The position numbers and the translations under genes were made by a program. DNA of 51,733 nucleotides, taken from NCBI GenBank assembly GCA_016280975.1, contig JAEEHU010000035.1, positions 1-51,733 of the forward strand, given 5' to 3'. The first letter of the stretch is position 1. Each line of letters starts with the position of its first letter. The notes beneath the pieces were generated by a model. The model did not search any database. It saw only the letters and a program-made list of their open reading frames with translations, and was not told the origin of the DNA. Origin of the DNA: Acholeplasmatales bacterium. Its GTDB lineage: Bacteria; Bacillota_I; Bacilli_A; Acholeplasmatales; Anaeroplasmataceae. Below are positions 26,741 through 36,175 of the stretch, one piece after another.

Positions 26741-27841
26741 ATGTTTAATAAGAAAAATTCAAATAAAAATGGATATATGCTTGAAGGTAAATATAAGCGT
26801 CATGGCTATGATTGGTGGTGGCATTCATTTACTGGGTATTGTGAGAAAGAAGAGCGTCAATTCTTTATTGAATATTTTATTATTAATCCTAAGGTATCAA
26901 AGGATAAGCCTACATTCGGAAGACTTGGCGAAAAGCCATCTTATGTTATGCTTAAATGCGGAAGCTGGGGTAGTGGTAAAAGCCAGCTTCATAAATTCTA
27001 CCCAGTATCTAGTGTAGAAATAAAAAAAGCCCCATATGTGCTTAAGGGTGAGGATTTTTACGCATCAGATACATTAATAAAGGGTGATGTTAAAATCACT
27101 GATTCAAAAAATCATCCTGAATGGATGTGTGATGATGGAGAAATGTCATTTGAGCTTAAAATTGATAAGAATATCGCATTTAATGTTGGATATGGCACAA
27201 GCCCACTTTTAAGAAAAATGAAGGCCTTTGAGATGTACTGGCATGCTGAGGGTATGAAATCATACTATGATGGCTATGTCATTTACAATGGTAAAAAATA
27301 TATTGTTTCACCTGAAACATCAAATGGCTATGCCGATAAAAACTGGGGTAAAAATTTTACATCACCTTGGATTTGGTTATCATCAAACAATATTATTAAT
27401 AGACAAAATGGTGAAAAGCTAAATAATACTGTATTTGATATTGGCGGCGGAAGACCAAAGGTATTCTTTGTTCCACTTAAGAATAAATTATTATCAGCCC
27501 TATATGTTGAGGGAAAGGAATATGAATTCAATTTTTCTAAATTCTGGCGCAGAAATAAAACTAAATTTGATTGCAAAATAGAAAGAGATATTCTAATTTG
27601 GGATATCACTCAAAAAGCTAATAAGTATGTAATGGAAACACATATGGAATGTAATATTAATGATATGCTATTTGTTAATTATGAATCTCCAGATGGTAAA
27701 AAGAGATATAACCATTTATATAATGGTGGAAATGCTCATGGAAATATTAAATTATATAAGCTTATGAGCAAAAAGAAAGTACTTATTCATGATTTAGATG
27801 TCATTAATGCAGGTGCTGAATACGGTGTATATGATAATTAA
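26741..27841 (+). CDS. Tocopherol cyclase-family protein
   Basis: GYDWWWHSF, YWH, GYADKNWG..F..PWIW, IGGG motifs typical of bacterial tocopherol-cyclase-like proteins. Confidence 0.75.
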   Translation: MFNKKNSNKNGYMLEGKYKRHGYDWWWHSFTGYCEKEERQFFIEYFIINPKVSKDKPTFGRLGEKPSYVMLKCGSWGSGKSQLHKFYPVSSVEIKKAPYVLKGEDFYASDTLIKGDVKITDSKNHPEWMCDDGEMSFELKIDKNIAFNVGYGTSPLLRKMKAFEMYWHAEGMKSYYDGYVIYNGKKYIVSPETSNGYADKNWGKNFTSPWIWLSSNNIINRQNGEKLNNTVFDIGGGRPKVFFVPLKNKLLSALYVEGKEYEFNFSKFWRRNKTKFDCKIERDILIWDITQKANKYVMETHMECNINDMLFVNYESPDGKKRYNHLYNGGNAHGNIKLYKLMSKKKVLIHDLDVINAGAEYGVYDN

Positions 27842-27893
27842 TGGAAAATGAATTTAAAATATGATATTATTGTTTTAAAGTCGGGTGAATAAA

Positions 27894-28259
27894 ATGAAGG
27901 ATTTTATTAAAAAGTATTACAAAAGTTTATTATTAGTATTAGGATATACTGTTGTTGCTGAAGTAGTATATATCATACTATTTGAATCATTATGGCATAA
28001 ATGGTATTTAGATTTAATTATCGCATTTGCTATTTTAGTTCTTGCAGGTGTTATTGGTTTCTTCTACATCAAAGATGTTATGAAAAACGAACCTAAGGAA
28101 GAAAAGATGGAAGCTCTTGATGAGGATATCAAGAAGGAACAAGAAGAAAAGGCACAAGAAGAGGCTGAGGCTAAAAATGAAGATGAATTTAGTGGTTCAG
28201 TTGAAGATGGTGCTGATCTATCTGAAATAGTTGATGTTGAGGATACAAAAGAGGAATAA
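27894..28259 (+). CDS. Two-TM membrane protein with acidic tail
   Basis: Two hydrophobic helices and an E/D-rich C-terminus; GGGTGA RBS. Confidence 0.7.
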   Translation: MKDFIKKYYKSLLLVLGYTVVAEVVYIILFESLWHKWYLDLIIAFAILVLAGVIGFFYIKDVMKNEPKEEKMEALDEDIKKEQEEKAQEEAEAKNEDEFSGSVEDGADLSEIVDVEDTKEE

Positions 28260-28261
28260 TA

Positions 28262-29173
28262 ATGAGTGAATATATAGTTAGATGTAAGGATATAACTAAG
28301 CTATATAATGGCAAGAAGGTATTAGATTCCTTTTCTATGAATGTTAGGTATAAAGACGTTTATGGATTTGTTGGAGAAAATGGTAGTGGTAAAACTACTA
28401 TTATAAGAATCTTAACAGGATTAGTTCATCAAAACAGTGGAACTTACGAATTATTTGGAAAAAGCTCAAATAATATCGATATACTAAAGGAAAGAAAAAA
28501 GATTGGAGCTGTAGTTGAATCTCCATCTATTTATCTTAACTTAAGTGCTAAGGATAATATGCTTATGCAAGGCATATTAGTTGGAAATAATGATAAGAAT
28601 CGTCATAGAAAAATAATAGAGCTTGTAGGCTTAGGTGATATTTATGACGATAAAAAAAAGTCATGTGATTATTCACTTGGTATGCGTCAAAGATTAGGTA
28701 TCGCAATGGCGTTATTATCTAATCCTGAATTAATCATACTTGATGAGCCAATGAATGGACTAGACCCAGAGGGTATAGTTGAAATAAGAAATCTAATTAT
28801 TAAATTAAATAAGGAATATAATGTAACATTTATTATTTCATCTCATATATTAACTGAGCTTGAGCTTGTTGCGACAACATACGGTATTATTTCTCATGGT
28901 CATATGATTAATGAGATATCAAAAGAAGACTTAGAATTAGAATCTAAGCCAGGAATAGTACTTTCTGTTAATGATATGAAAAAAGCAGAAGCTTTACTAA
29001 AAGCATATGATTATACTGTAACTACAAATAGAATAGTAGTTCATTCAAATAATATTAATGAAATAATGAAGCTAATGATTGATAATGATATTATTGTTAC
29101 TTCTATAGAAACTAAGAATGGTAATATTGAGGATTACTATTTAAAGCTAATAGGAGGTAATAATAATGCGTAA
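28262..29173 (+). CDS. ABC transporter ATP-binding protein (BcrA-like)
   Basis: GENGSGKT, YSLGMRQRLGIA, LDEPMNGLDP, SSH. Confidence 0.92.
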   Translation: MSEYIVRCKDITKLYNGKKVLDSFSMNVRYKDVYGFVGENGSGKTTIIRILTGLVHQNSGTYELFGKSSNNIDILKERKKIGAVVESPSIYLNLSAKDNMLMQGILVGNNDKNRHRKIIELVGLGDIYDDKKKSCDYSLGMRQRLGIAMALLSNPELIILDEPMNGLDPEGIVEIRNLIIKLNKEYNVTFIISSHILTELELVATTYGIISHGHMINEISKEDLELESKPGIVLSVNDMKKAEALLKAYDYTVTTNRIVVHSNNINEIMKLMIDNDIIVTSIETKNGNIEDYYLKLIGGNNNA

Positions 29174-30044
29174 ATTATTAAAAAATGACTTCCTAAGAAT
29201 ATTTAAATCTGGTGGCTTTAGAGCAATATTAATTGTTGGTCTAATATTAGGTGCATTATCACCTGTTGCCCTATATGGAATAATAATGCTAATACTAACA
29301 TATATGCCTGATGCTGCTGGTTCATTTGATATGAGAACTGCAATTAATTCAATTAATATGTTCTCATCATCATTAAGTATTGCAAGTACTAACTTCTTTA
29401 GTGTTATTTTAGTAATTATTTTAATTGTTCAAATATCTAGAGATTTCACACAAGGAACAATTAGAAATAAAATAATTCAAGGTTATTCAAGAACTAAGAT
29501 TTATTTTTCAACATTGATTGTAATATTTACAACAATATTATTATCGCTATTTATGTATGGTATTGTTAGATTTGGAGTATCTCTAATATTCTTTAATCCA
29601 CTACCAGAAGGAGACGTAGTAGATCATATACTTTATATAGTTGAAACGTTTGGATTCCAATTATTATATATATTATTTATATCAAGCTTTATTTCTTTAT
29701 TTGTATTTATTAATAAGAGAGCATTAATGCCACTTTTATTCTTTATAATTGGAATAATGCTTATTCGTTCAATCGGGTCTATAACGGATTTCACTAAGAG
29801 ATCTGTTGAATATGGCTCATTCCCATATTATTTATTAAGATATTTAACAATCCTAAATCCATTCTATATGTATGAATATTTAGGACCAAATGGTTCTCTA
29901 CTTGGTCTACTTGGAAACCTTATCACTTCAGTCGGAGACTATACAATTGCTAAATCAATTGAGTTAGGAGTACCACTATTACTATATATTTCAATTAACA
30001 TTTCATTTGGATTATTAGCTGCGAACAAATCTGATATAAAATAA
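29166..30044 (+). CDS. ABC-2 type permease
   Basis: About 6 TM; DFTQGTIRN..IQGYSRTKIY motif; overlaps the ATPase stop codon. Confidence 0.88.
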   Translation: MRKLLKNDFLRIFKSGGFRAILIVGLILGALSPVALYGIIMLILTYMPDAAGSFDMRTAINSINMFSSSLSIASTNFFSVILVIILIVQISRDFTQGTIRNKIIQGYSRTKIYFSTLIVIFTTILLSLFMYGIVRFGVSLIFFNPLPEGDVVDHILYIVETFGFQLLYILFISSFISLFVFINKRALMPLLFFIIGIMLIRSIGSITDFTKRSVEYGSFPYYLLRYLTILNPFYMYEYLGPNGSLLGLLGNLITSVGDYTIAKSIELGVPLLLYISINISFGLLAANKSDIK

Positions 30045-30063
30045 ATCATTACTTATTTAAATT

Positions 30064-30090
30064 AAGGTCAAGGAAACTTGGCCTTTTTTT
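30064..30090 (+). terminator. Terminator at the left edge of the island
   Basis: AAGGTCAAG-gaaa-CTTGGCCTT-TTTTT. Confidence 0.85.
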
Positions 30091-30236
30091 GTCGTTTGAA
30101 TTAAGAAAATAATTTTAAAAATTTTTTTAACAATTTTGAAACCATACATAAATAATGTAGGGATTATTAATAGAATGTAAGTGCAAGGGGCAAATGATTG
30201 TACCTTTCAAAATTAATAAATCGGAGGAAAAAGAGT

Positions 30237-30890
30237 ATGTTTAATTTACACGTAGTATTTGAAAGATGGAAATTTAATAAGGAGTACAACCTATATGTTT
30301 CAACATTAGGAAGAGTTAAGGATTCAAAAAAGAAGATTGTTGAACCAATGATTAATTCAGGTGGATATTTCATAATCAAGCATGATGAAAAGGTTATAGC
30401 TGTACATTCACTTGTTATGCTTACATTCAAAGGTCCAAAGCTAGAAGGTATGTCTATTGATCATATTAATAGTAATAGACGTGATAATCGTTTAAAGAAT
30501 CTTGAATATGTAACTAAAGAAGAAAATCTTAGAAGAGCAAATCAAAAGTTATTATCAGAAGATGATGAGAACTTGATTGTTAATGACCCAAACGAGTTTT
30601 TAGACTTACTTGCTTGTCATAAGATTTATTCAATCAAGCATTTAAAGACAATATTAAATGCTAAATCTACAGCAAAGACTGTTAAGACAACGGCAAACAA
30701 GAATCGTATTGTTGCTAAGGATTCATATACTTGGGCAAAGAAGTACTTAGCTCTTCATAATAATGGTAGCGTTGCTGATTCTACAAAGTTTGCTTACAGA
30801 GTAGAAGTATATGCAAAGATGAATAAGGAATATTGTGGATACAAATTATCCATGAATAATAACGAAATTATTGGTGTTAGAGTTTGCTAA
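30237..30890 (+). CDS. NUMOD4-like/HNH endonuclease
   Basis: ERWK..YVSTLGRVK (NUMOD4-like) and VHSLVMLTF..IDHINSNRRDNRLKNLEYVTKEEN (HNH_3 type); GGAGG RBS. Confidence 0.88.
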   Translation: MFNLHVVFERWKFNKEYNLYVSTLGRVKDSKKKIVEPMINSGGYFIIKHDEKVIAVHSLVMLTFKGPKLEGMSIDHINSNRRDNRLKNLEYVTKEENLRRANQKLLSEDDENLIVNDPNEFLDLLACHKIYSIKHLKTILNAKSTAKTVKTTANKNRIVAKDSYTWAKKYLALHNNGSVADSTKFAYRVEVYAKMNKEYCGYKLSMNNNEIIGVRVC

Positions 30891-30906
30891 AAAGGAGGAG
30901 ATTTAG

Positions 30907-31542
30907 ATGAGTGTAGTAGTAGCAATCAAAAAAGATGGAAAGGTTTATATTGGTGCTGATTCACAGACGACAAGAGGAAGCACAAGATCTTCATTAACTA
31001 ATCCGAACAATTATAAGATTTGGAAGGTAAATGGATGTGGTCATACTTTAATGGCACATGTTGGTAGGTTAAGAGATGCATGTGTCGTTAGAGTTATGAG
31101 TGATTTAGTTAGGGAAATAGATGATATTCATGATGTTATTGATTATGAATATGTTGTTGATAGGATTTTCCCTATGATAGTAAGAGAGCTTATGGATAGA
31201 AAGTACATTGATATATCTGAAGTGTTTGATGGATTAGATTCAAGGTTTATATTTGCTCATAGGGATAAGCTATTTTTAATTGGTAGTGATGGTAGCGTCC
31301 TTGAAATTGATGATTGTGTAGCAATTGGTTCTGGTGAATCAGAAGCTATTGGATCATTGATTACAACAGAAAAAGAGCAGAATCCAGTAACTAGAATAGT
31401 CAAGGCTATTAAATCATCGGCAGCACATGATATTTATGTTGATTATCCGATTATTATCACTGATACGGAGTCTATGGAGTTTAATATCATTACTGAAAAG
31501 AATGAAACACAATTTCTAAAGCACGATGAGAAAAATAAATAA
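30907..31542 (+). CDS. Proteasome-beta/HslV-like Ntn hydrolase with N-terminal Ser
   Basis: (M)SVVVAIK..VYIGADSQ, KIW and AIGSG match the Thr1/Asp17/Lys33/GSG pattern of proteasome beta subunits; AAGGAGG RBS. Confidence 0.8.
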   Translation: MSVVVAIKKDGKVYIGADSQTTRGSTRSSLTNPNNYKIWKVNGCGHTLMAHVGRLRDACVVRVMSDLVREIDDIHDVIDYEYVVDRIFPMIVRELMDRKYIDISEVFDGLDSRFIFAHRDKLFLIGSDGSVLEIDDCVAIGSGESEAIGSLITTEKEQNPVTRIVKAIKSSAAHDIYVDYPIIITDTESMEFNIITEKNETQFLKHDEKNK

Positions 31543-31566
31543 TTATTTAATTAGGAGGAAAAGAAA

Positions 31567-32877
31567 ATGCCAAAGTTTAAAAAGAATGACAAGTTCAAAT
31601 TTAATGAAGAGGATGTAAAAATTTTAGATATTTTAGGAGAAGGAGGACAGGGTATTGTTTATTTAGCTGAGTATGAAGGCAAGCAAATGGCTTTAAAGGT
31701 GTATAGTGATTTGGTATCAAGTGACTTTGAATACAATTTAAAGAACAATATTAATAAAGGAGCTCCATCAGATTCGTTCTTATGGCCTCAAAAGCTAATT
31801 CATTTTGATGATGATAAAATTGGATACTTAATGGATTTGAGACCATCAAATTATAGCTCTTTCGTAAAATACTTAAATGGAAATATTAGATTTAAAGATA
31901 ATTACACACTTATTAGCTGGTGTATAGAGCTATGTAAATCATTTAAACAATTACATGAAAAGGGATTTTCATATCAGGATTTAAATGATGGATCATTTTT
32001 CCTTGATGAGAATACTGGAAGTCTACTAATTTGTGATAACGATAATGTCACAGCCGATAGAAAGAATCTAGGTATTTTAGGAAAAATGAGATATATGGCT
32101 CCTGAAATAGTTCGTAGAGAAATTAATCCAATTACTAATGAAGCTTGGATGCCAGATGTTCATACAGATAGATTTAGCTTAGCAATAATTCTATTTATGG
32201 CGCTATGCTTAGGAAACCCGTTTGAGGGAGAGTGCTTAAAAAAGTATGAATTTATTGATGAAAAAGCCGAATTGGAAATATATGGTAAAAATCCAGTGTT
32301 TATTTATCACAAGGATAACAAGGATAATAGACCAATTAGAGGCTACCATAGTGCAGTTTTGAAAAGATGGCCACTACTTCCGATTTATGTTAAGGAAGCA
32401 TTTCATAGAACCTTTGTTGATGGATTAGATGATCGTGAAAACAAAAGAACTACTGAATTAGAGTGGATCAAGGTATTAACAAGGTATAGAGATGAGCTTG
32501 TAACCTGTGAATGTGGTAAACAATATATTTATGGACTATTTGAAAAGAAAGAAAACTCAAGCTGTCCATATTGTAACAAAAAGAAACAGGCATACACATA
32601 TTTATACATAAATAAGCAAAGTATAATACTAGAACCTGAAAAAAAGCTTTACATTAGTCATTTTGATAAGTATTCATCTGATTATACTAAAGCAGTTGGA
32701 ATTGTTGTTAGGAACAAAAAGAATCCAGCATTATGGGGAATTAAGATGGCAATTGGAAAACAAATTTTAGTCAAGGATACACAGGGTGTTCAAAAGGAAA
32801 TTGATGGAAATGGTGTTATACCAATTGTTAAGGGTTTAAAAATAAAAATCGGTGAAACAATAGCCGAAATAAGATAA
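31567..32877 (+). CDS. Ser/Thr protein kinase (TerY-P/YegI-like) with Zn ribbon and C-terminal beta domain
   Basis: LGEGGQGIVY, ALKVY, YQDLNDGS, ICDNDN, YMAPE, TDRFSLA; CECG...CPYC. Confidence 0.9.
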   Translation: MPKFKKNDKFKFNEEDVKILDILGEGGQGIVYLAEYEGKQMALKVYSDLVSSDFEYNLKNNINKGAPSDSFLWPQKLIHFDDDKIGYLMDLRPSNYSSFVKYLNGNIRFKDNYTLISWCIELCKSFKQLHEKGFSYQDLNDGSFFLDENTGSLLICDNDNVTADRKNLGILGKMRYMAPEIVRREINPITNEAWMPDVHTDRFSLAIILFMALCLGNPFEGECLKKYEFIDEKAELEIYGKNPVFIYHKDNKDNRPIRGYHSAVLKRWPLLPIYVKEAFHRTFVDGLDDRENKRTTELEWIKVLTRYRDELVTCECGKQYIYGLFEKKENSSCPYCNKKKQAYTYLYINKQSIILEPEKKLYISHFDKYSSDYTKAVGIVVRNKKNPALWGIKMAIGKQILVKDTQGVQKEIDGNGVIPIVKGLKIKIGETIAEIR

Positions 32878-32895
32878 TTAAAGGAGATAATGAAA

Positions 32896-33618
32896 ATGAG
32901 TGAAAGAATTTTAGGCGAGGGAATCGCAAAGCAAGAGTTAGATTTAATATTTGTAATTGATAAGTCTGGATCTATGGAAGGTGAATCTATAGGTGCAGTA
33001 AATAATGCCATTAGAGATGTAGTAAGTATAATGCCTGATATTCAGGAGGATACTTCAGATGCATTAATCAAAATATCTGCGCTGACATTCTCTGATCAAA
33101 CAGAGTGGGTAAATAATGAGCCACTTGGAGTTAATGATTTTAAATGGAAGGACATAACTGTTGATGGAGGAACAAATCTAAGTGCAGCATATGATGAGCT
33201 TACTAAAAAATTATCTAAGCAATCAAATGGCGGTATGATGCCTGATCTTGGCGGAGTTGCCCCAATCATTATTTTAATGACTGATGGACTTCCAACATCA
33301 TACGATTGGGAAAGTCATTTAGATAAGCTAAAGAAAAAGGGCTGGTTCAGAATAGCTCTTAAATATGCGCTTGCCATTGGAATCGATACAGATGAAGCAA
33401 TGGATGTATTAACTAAATTTACTGGAAATAAAGAAACTGTATTAAAGGTTTATACTGCAGAAGCCTTAAGAAAGGTTATTAAGGTAATTGCAGTTACAGC
33501 ATCAAAGGTTAAATCAAATACATCTACTGTCGATAATCAAACTACAGGTAATGCAAACGAACAAGCGAAAGTAGAAATAGCAGAAAAACTAGAAGATGTT
33601 AAGGATGTGGAGTGGTAA
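32896..33618 (+). CDS. vWA domain protein (TerY-like) 1
   Basis: MIDAS motif IDKSGSM, GGT, PIIILMTDG. Confidence 0.9.
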   Translation: MSERILGEGIAKQELDLIFVIDKSGSMEGESIGAVNNAIRDVVSIMPDIQEDTSDALIKISALTFSDQTEWVNNEPLGVNDFKWKDITVDGGTNLSAAYDELTKKLSKQSNGGMMPDLGGVAPIIILMTDGLPTSYDWESHLDKLKKKGWFRIALKYALAIGIDTDEAMDVLTKFTGNKETVLKVYTAEALRKVIKVIAVTASKVKSNTSTVDNQTTGNANEQAKVEIAEKLEDVKDVEW

Positions 33619-34340
33619 TGATAATTGATAGAATTGCAAAACAAAGAGCAAATGTAATTATGCTTATTGATACATCAACATCAATGCGTGGAAAAAGAAT
33701 TGATCAGGTTAAAAAAGCGTTAGTTGATATAAGGAAGCAGCTAATAGATATGGAAAATGTAAATATCAATGTTGACTATTATTTAACGTTAATTACATTT
33801 TCATCAGAAGCTAAATATTTGAATAACTCAAAAATGGATAGAATTAGTGATGTTGATTTATCAAATTTAAAAGTAGGTGGCTGGAGTAATTTACATTTGG
33901 CGCTTGTAAAGCTAGAGGACTTATTAAAAAAAGAGTCTAAAGGTGGAATAATGCCAGACTTTGGTGGAATAGCTCCAATAATTGTATTATTAACTGATGG
34001 TCACCCAACAGGTAATGGCTATAAATCTGAACTAGCTAAACTTAAAAAACTTCCTTGGTTTAACGTTGCTTTAAGATATGGAATTGCCATAGAACTAAAC
34101 GACAAGAGAACAGTTCAGGTGTTAAGAGAATTCGTTGGTGACAATGGTGATGTAATTGAATGCTATGATTCAAAAATGCTTGAAAGAATCATTAGGATTA
34201 TTGTTATAACAGCATCTAGAGTTAAATCAGAAACAGCTAACGTATCAATAAGTAAAGATATGGGAAAGAATTCGATTAACACAGTTGCACAGTTAGAAAT
34301 AACAGAGAATCTTGCAGGAACAGAAGATTGGGAGTGGTAG
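33618..34340 (+). CDS. vWA domain protein (TerY-like) 2
   Basis: IDTSTSM, GGWS, PIIVLLTDG; paralogous to vWA1 (GGMMPDLGGVAP / GGIMPDFGGIAP); TAATG start/stop overlap. Confidence 0.9.
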   Translation: MIIDRIAKQRANVIMLIDTSTSMRGKRIDQVKKALVDIRKQLIDMENVNINVDYYLTLITFSSEAKYLNNSKMDRISDVDLSNLKVGGWSNLHLALVKLEDLLKKESKGGIMPDFGGIAPIIVLLTDGHPTGNGYKSELAKLKKLPWFNVALRYGIAIELNDKRTVQVLREFVGDNGDVIECYDSKMLERIIRIIVITASRVKSETANVSISKDMGKNSINTVAQLEITENLAGTEDWEW

Positions 34341-34341
34341 T

Positions 34342-35223
34342 ATGTACGTTTTTAATAAGACTTCAATTGGATATAACCATATAAAAGAGAATAAATGTTG
34401 CCAAGACTTTTCATCATCATATAGTGATTTAGAAAGAACGATCATTACATGTTGCGATGGGCATGGTGGAAAGATATATTTCAGAAGCAACATTGGATCT
34501 AAATTTGCATCAGATGCCATAATGAATGTTTTTAAGAATATAACTCCTTATGATACAAGAAAGTTCAATCAAGATGAGTATTTAGAAACAATCAAAATAA
34601 ACATTTTATGCGAGTGGAATAGAATGGTTGAAACTCATCTTGCAAAATACAAGTTAACTAAGAAGGAGCTATTAAAGCTAAACGAAAATGAGTTTCATAA
34701 GTTGTTATCTAATACTTATAAGGCTTACGGTTCAACAATGATGGGAGCTTTACTCATTGGAAATAAAGCTCTTGTTGTTAAGCTTGGTGATGGAGAGGTA
34801 GCATTAGTTCATAAAAACGATGTTATATATCCGTTTCAGGATGATGATGAGCCTGTTGGTAATATTACTAATTCTTTATGTGAAGAAGATGCGTATGATC
34901 ACATTAAGATAAAGGTCTTTGATTTTAATAAGATTGATGGAATTATGATGTGTACTGATGGAATGATTAATCCATATCAGAACTATAATAATTTCACTAA
35001 TTCAATGGTAAAGCCACTTATTAAAGGTCTTAATTCTAACGGAAATCTATCTACAATTAATCTATTTGTTGATACTGTTGGATTAAAACTAGGTATAGGT
35101 GATGATGTATCATTATCATTTATCATAAAGAACAAGAAAGAAAGTAAGATAGAATCAAAAATAAAAAAGGGATATACATATGCTATAAGTGATTTTTACA
35201 AGGAAATGTATGACTCTAAATGA
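34342..35223 (+). CDS. PP2C-family protein phosphatase (TerY-P type)
   Basis: G..H....CQD, CDGHGG, GST, LGDG, TNSL, CTDG, GDDVS. Confidence 0.9.
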   Translation: MYVFNKTSIGYNHIKENKCCQDFSSSYSDLERTIITCCDGHGGKIYFRSNIGSKFASDAIMNVFKNITPYDTRKFNQDEYLETIKINILCEWNRMVETHLAKYKLTKKELLKLNENEFHKLLSNTYKAYGSTMMGALLIGNKALVVKLGDGEVALVHKNDVIYPFQDDDEPVGNITNSLCEEDAYDHIKIKVFDFNKIDGIMMCTDGMINPYQNYNNFTNSMVKPLIKGLNSNGNLSTINLFVDTVGLKLGIGDDVSLSFIIKNKKESKIESKIKKGYTYAISDFYKEMYDSK

Positions 35224-36082
35224 AGCAATAAAAATAGTATATAATTCAGAACATATAGATATGTATATCGAGAATCCATTTTTAACGTATTCGGTTTTAA
35301 GAGATTTGATTGGTAATTTTTCTTATGAGTCTAAGGATATCTTGTCTTGTTTCTTTGAAATAGCCAGGAAGTTAAATATCCTTCAGATATTAAAGGTCTA
35401 TGGCTCAGAAGAAGCGAAATTTATATTTGAAAAAACATATTTTGATTTATTTACAGATATTGATAAAGCTATTTATTTAGATACTATAAACGAAATATTA
35501 AGTACAGAATTATTGAATAAGAATTTAGATAAGAATATTAAAAAGAGTGAGTTATTAATAAATAAAAAAGAAGAAATCATATTTGATAAAATAGATTCAC
35601 TAAAAGTTCATTGCACTATTGGTGAATTAAAAATCAAATATGGTGATTCCTTTAATGTTACTATTAACAGTAAATATCCTGATGATATAAAGTGTTCATA
35701 TTTAATTAAGAATAAAGATTTAGAATTAGAATTTATTTACAAAAAGAAAAAAGAAACTCCATCAAGTGTAGAAATAGAGGTTCCAGAAGGTTTAAATATT
35801 AGCTATTTAGATGTAGGAATTAATAATTTCAACTCATGTGTTGATATTAATTCTAGTAGCGTACAAATAACATCTCAAAAAGGAAATATATCCTATAGTG
35901 GTATTTCCAAAAAGTGTTATATTTCCTCTCAGAGTGGAATAGTTAATTATTATGGAATATCAGATTTTATATCAATTGATTCAAAAATAGATAAATGTTT
36001 CCATAATATAAGTCAAAAGGAATATTTTCTAGATAAAATTAACACTCAATCAAAAAGTAAGCTTATTGCTTATAGAAAATAA
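35210..36082 (+). CDS. Hypothetical protein: N-terminal helical domain plus DUF4097-like beta-repeat C-terminus
   Basis: Repeats of the type I.S..G.I.Y (ITSQKGNISY, ISSQSGIVNY); overlaps the PP2C stop codon. Confidence 0.55.
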   Translation: MTLNEAIKIVYNSEHIDMYIENPFLTYSVLRDLIGNFSYESKDILSCFFEIARKLNILQILKVYGSEEAKFIFEKTYFDLFTDIDKAIYLDTINEILSTELLNKNLDKNIKKSELLINKKEEIIFDKIDSLKVHCTIGELKIKYGDSFNVTINSKYPDDIKCSYLIKNKDLELEFIYKKKKETPSSVEIEVPEGLNISYLDVGINNFNSCVDINSSSVQITSQKGNISYSGISKKCYISSQSGIVNYYGISDFISIDSKIDKCFHNISQKEYFLDKINTQSKSKLIAYRK

Positions 36083-36099
36083 TAAGTTAATTTATTAGG

Positions 36100-36149
36100 T
36101 GATTATGATACTTTGATAGTATCCTAAAGTATGGTATAATCATACCATA
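36100..36149. promoter_or_regulatory. Promoter of the WYL gene embedded in overlapping palindromes (putative operator)
   Basis: TGGTATAAT extended -10 inside TATGGTAT-aatc-ATACCATA; GATACT-ttgat-AGTATC and ATACTTT..AAAGTAT upstream. Confidence 0.65.
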
Positions 36150-36175
36150 AATTTGCGTTTTAGAAGGTGATTTTG

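Noticed and set aside
30907-31542. Housekeeping hslV (clpQ)
   Set aside because: Lacks the TTI N-terminus and the adjacent hslU; the context is accessory.
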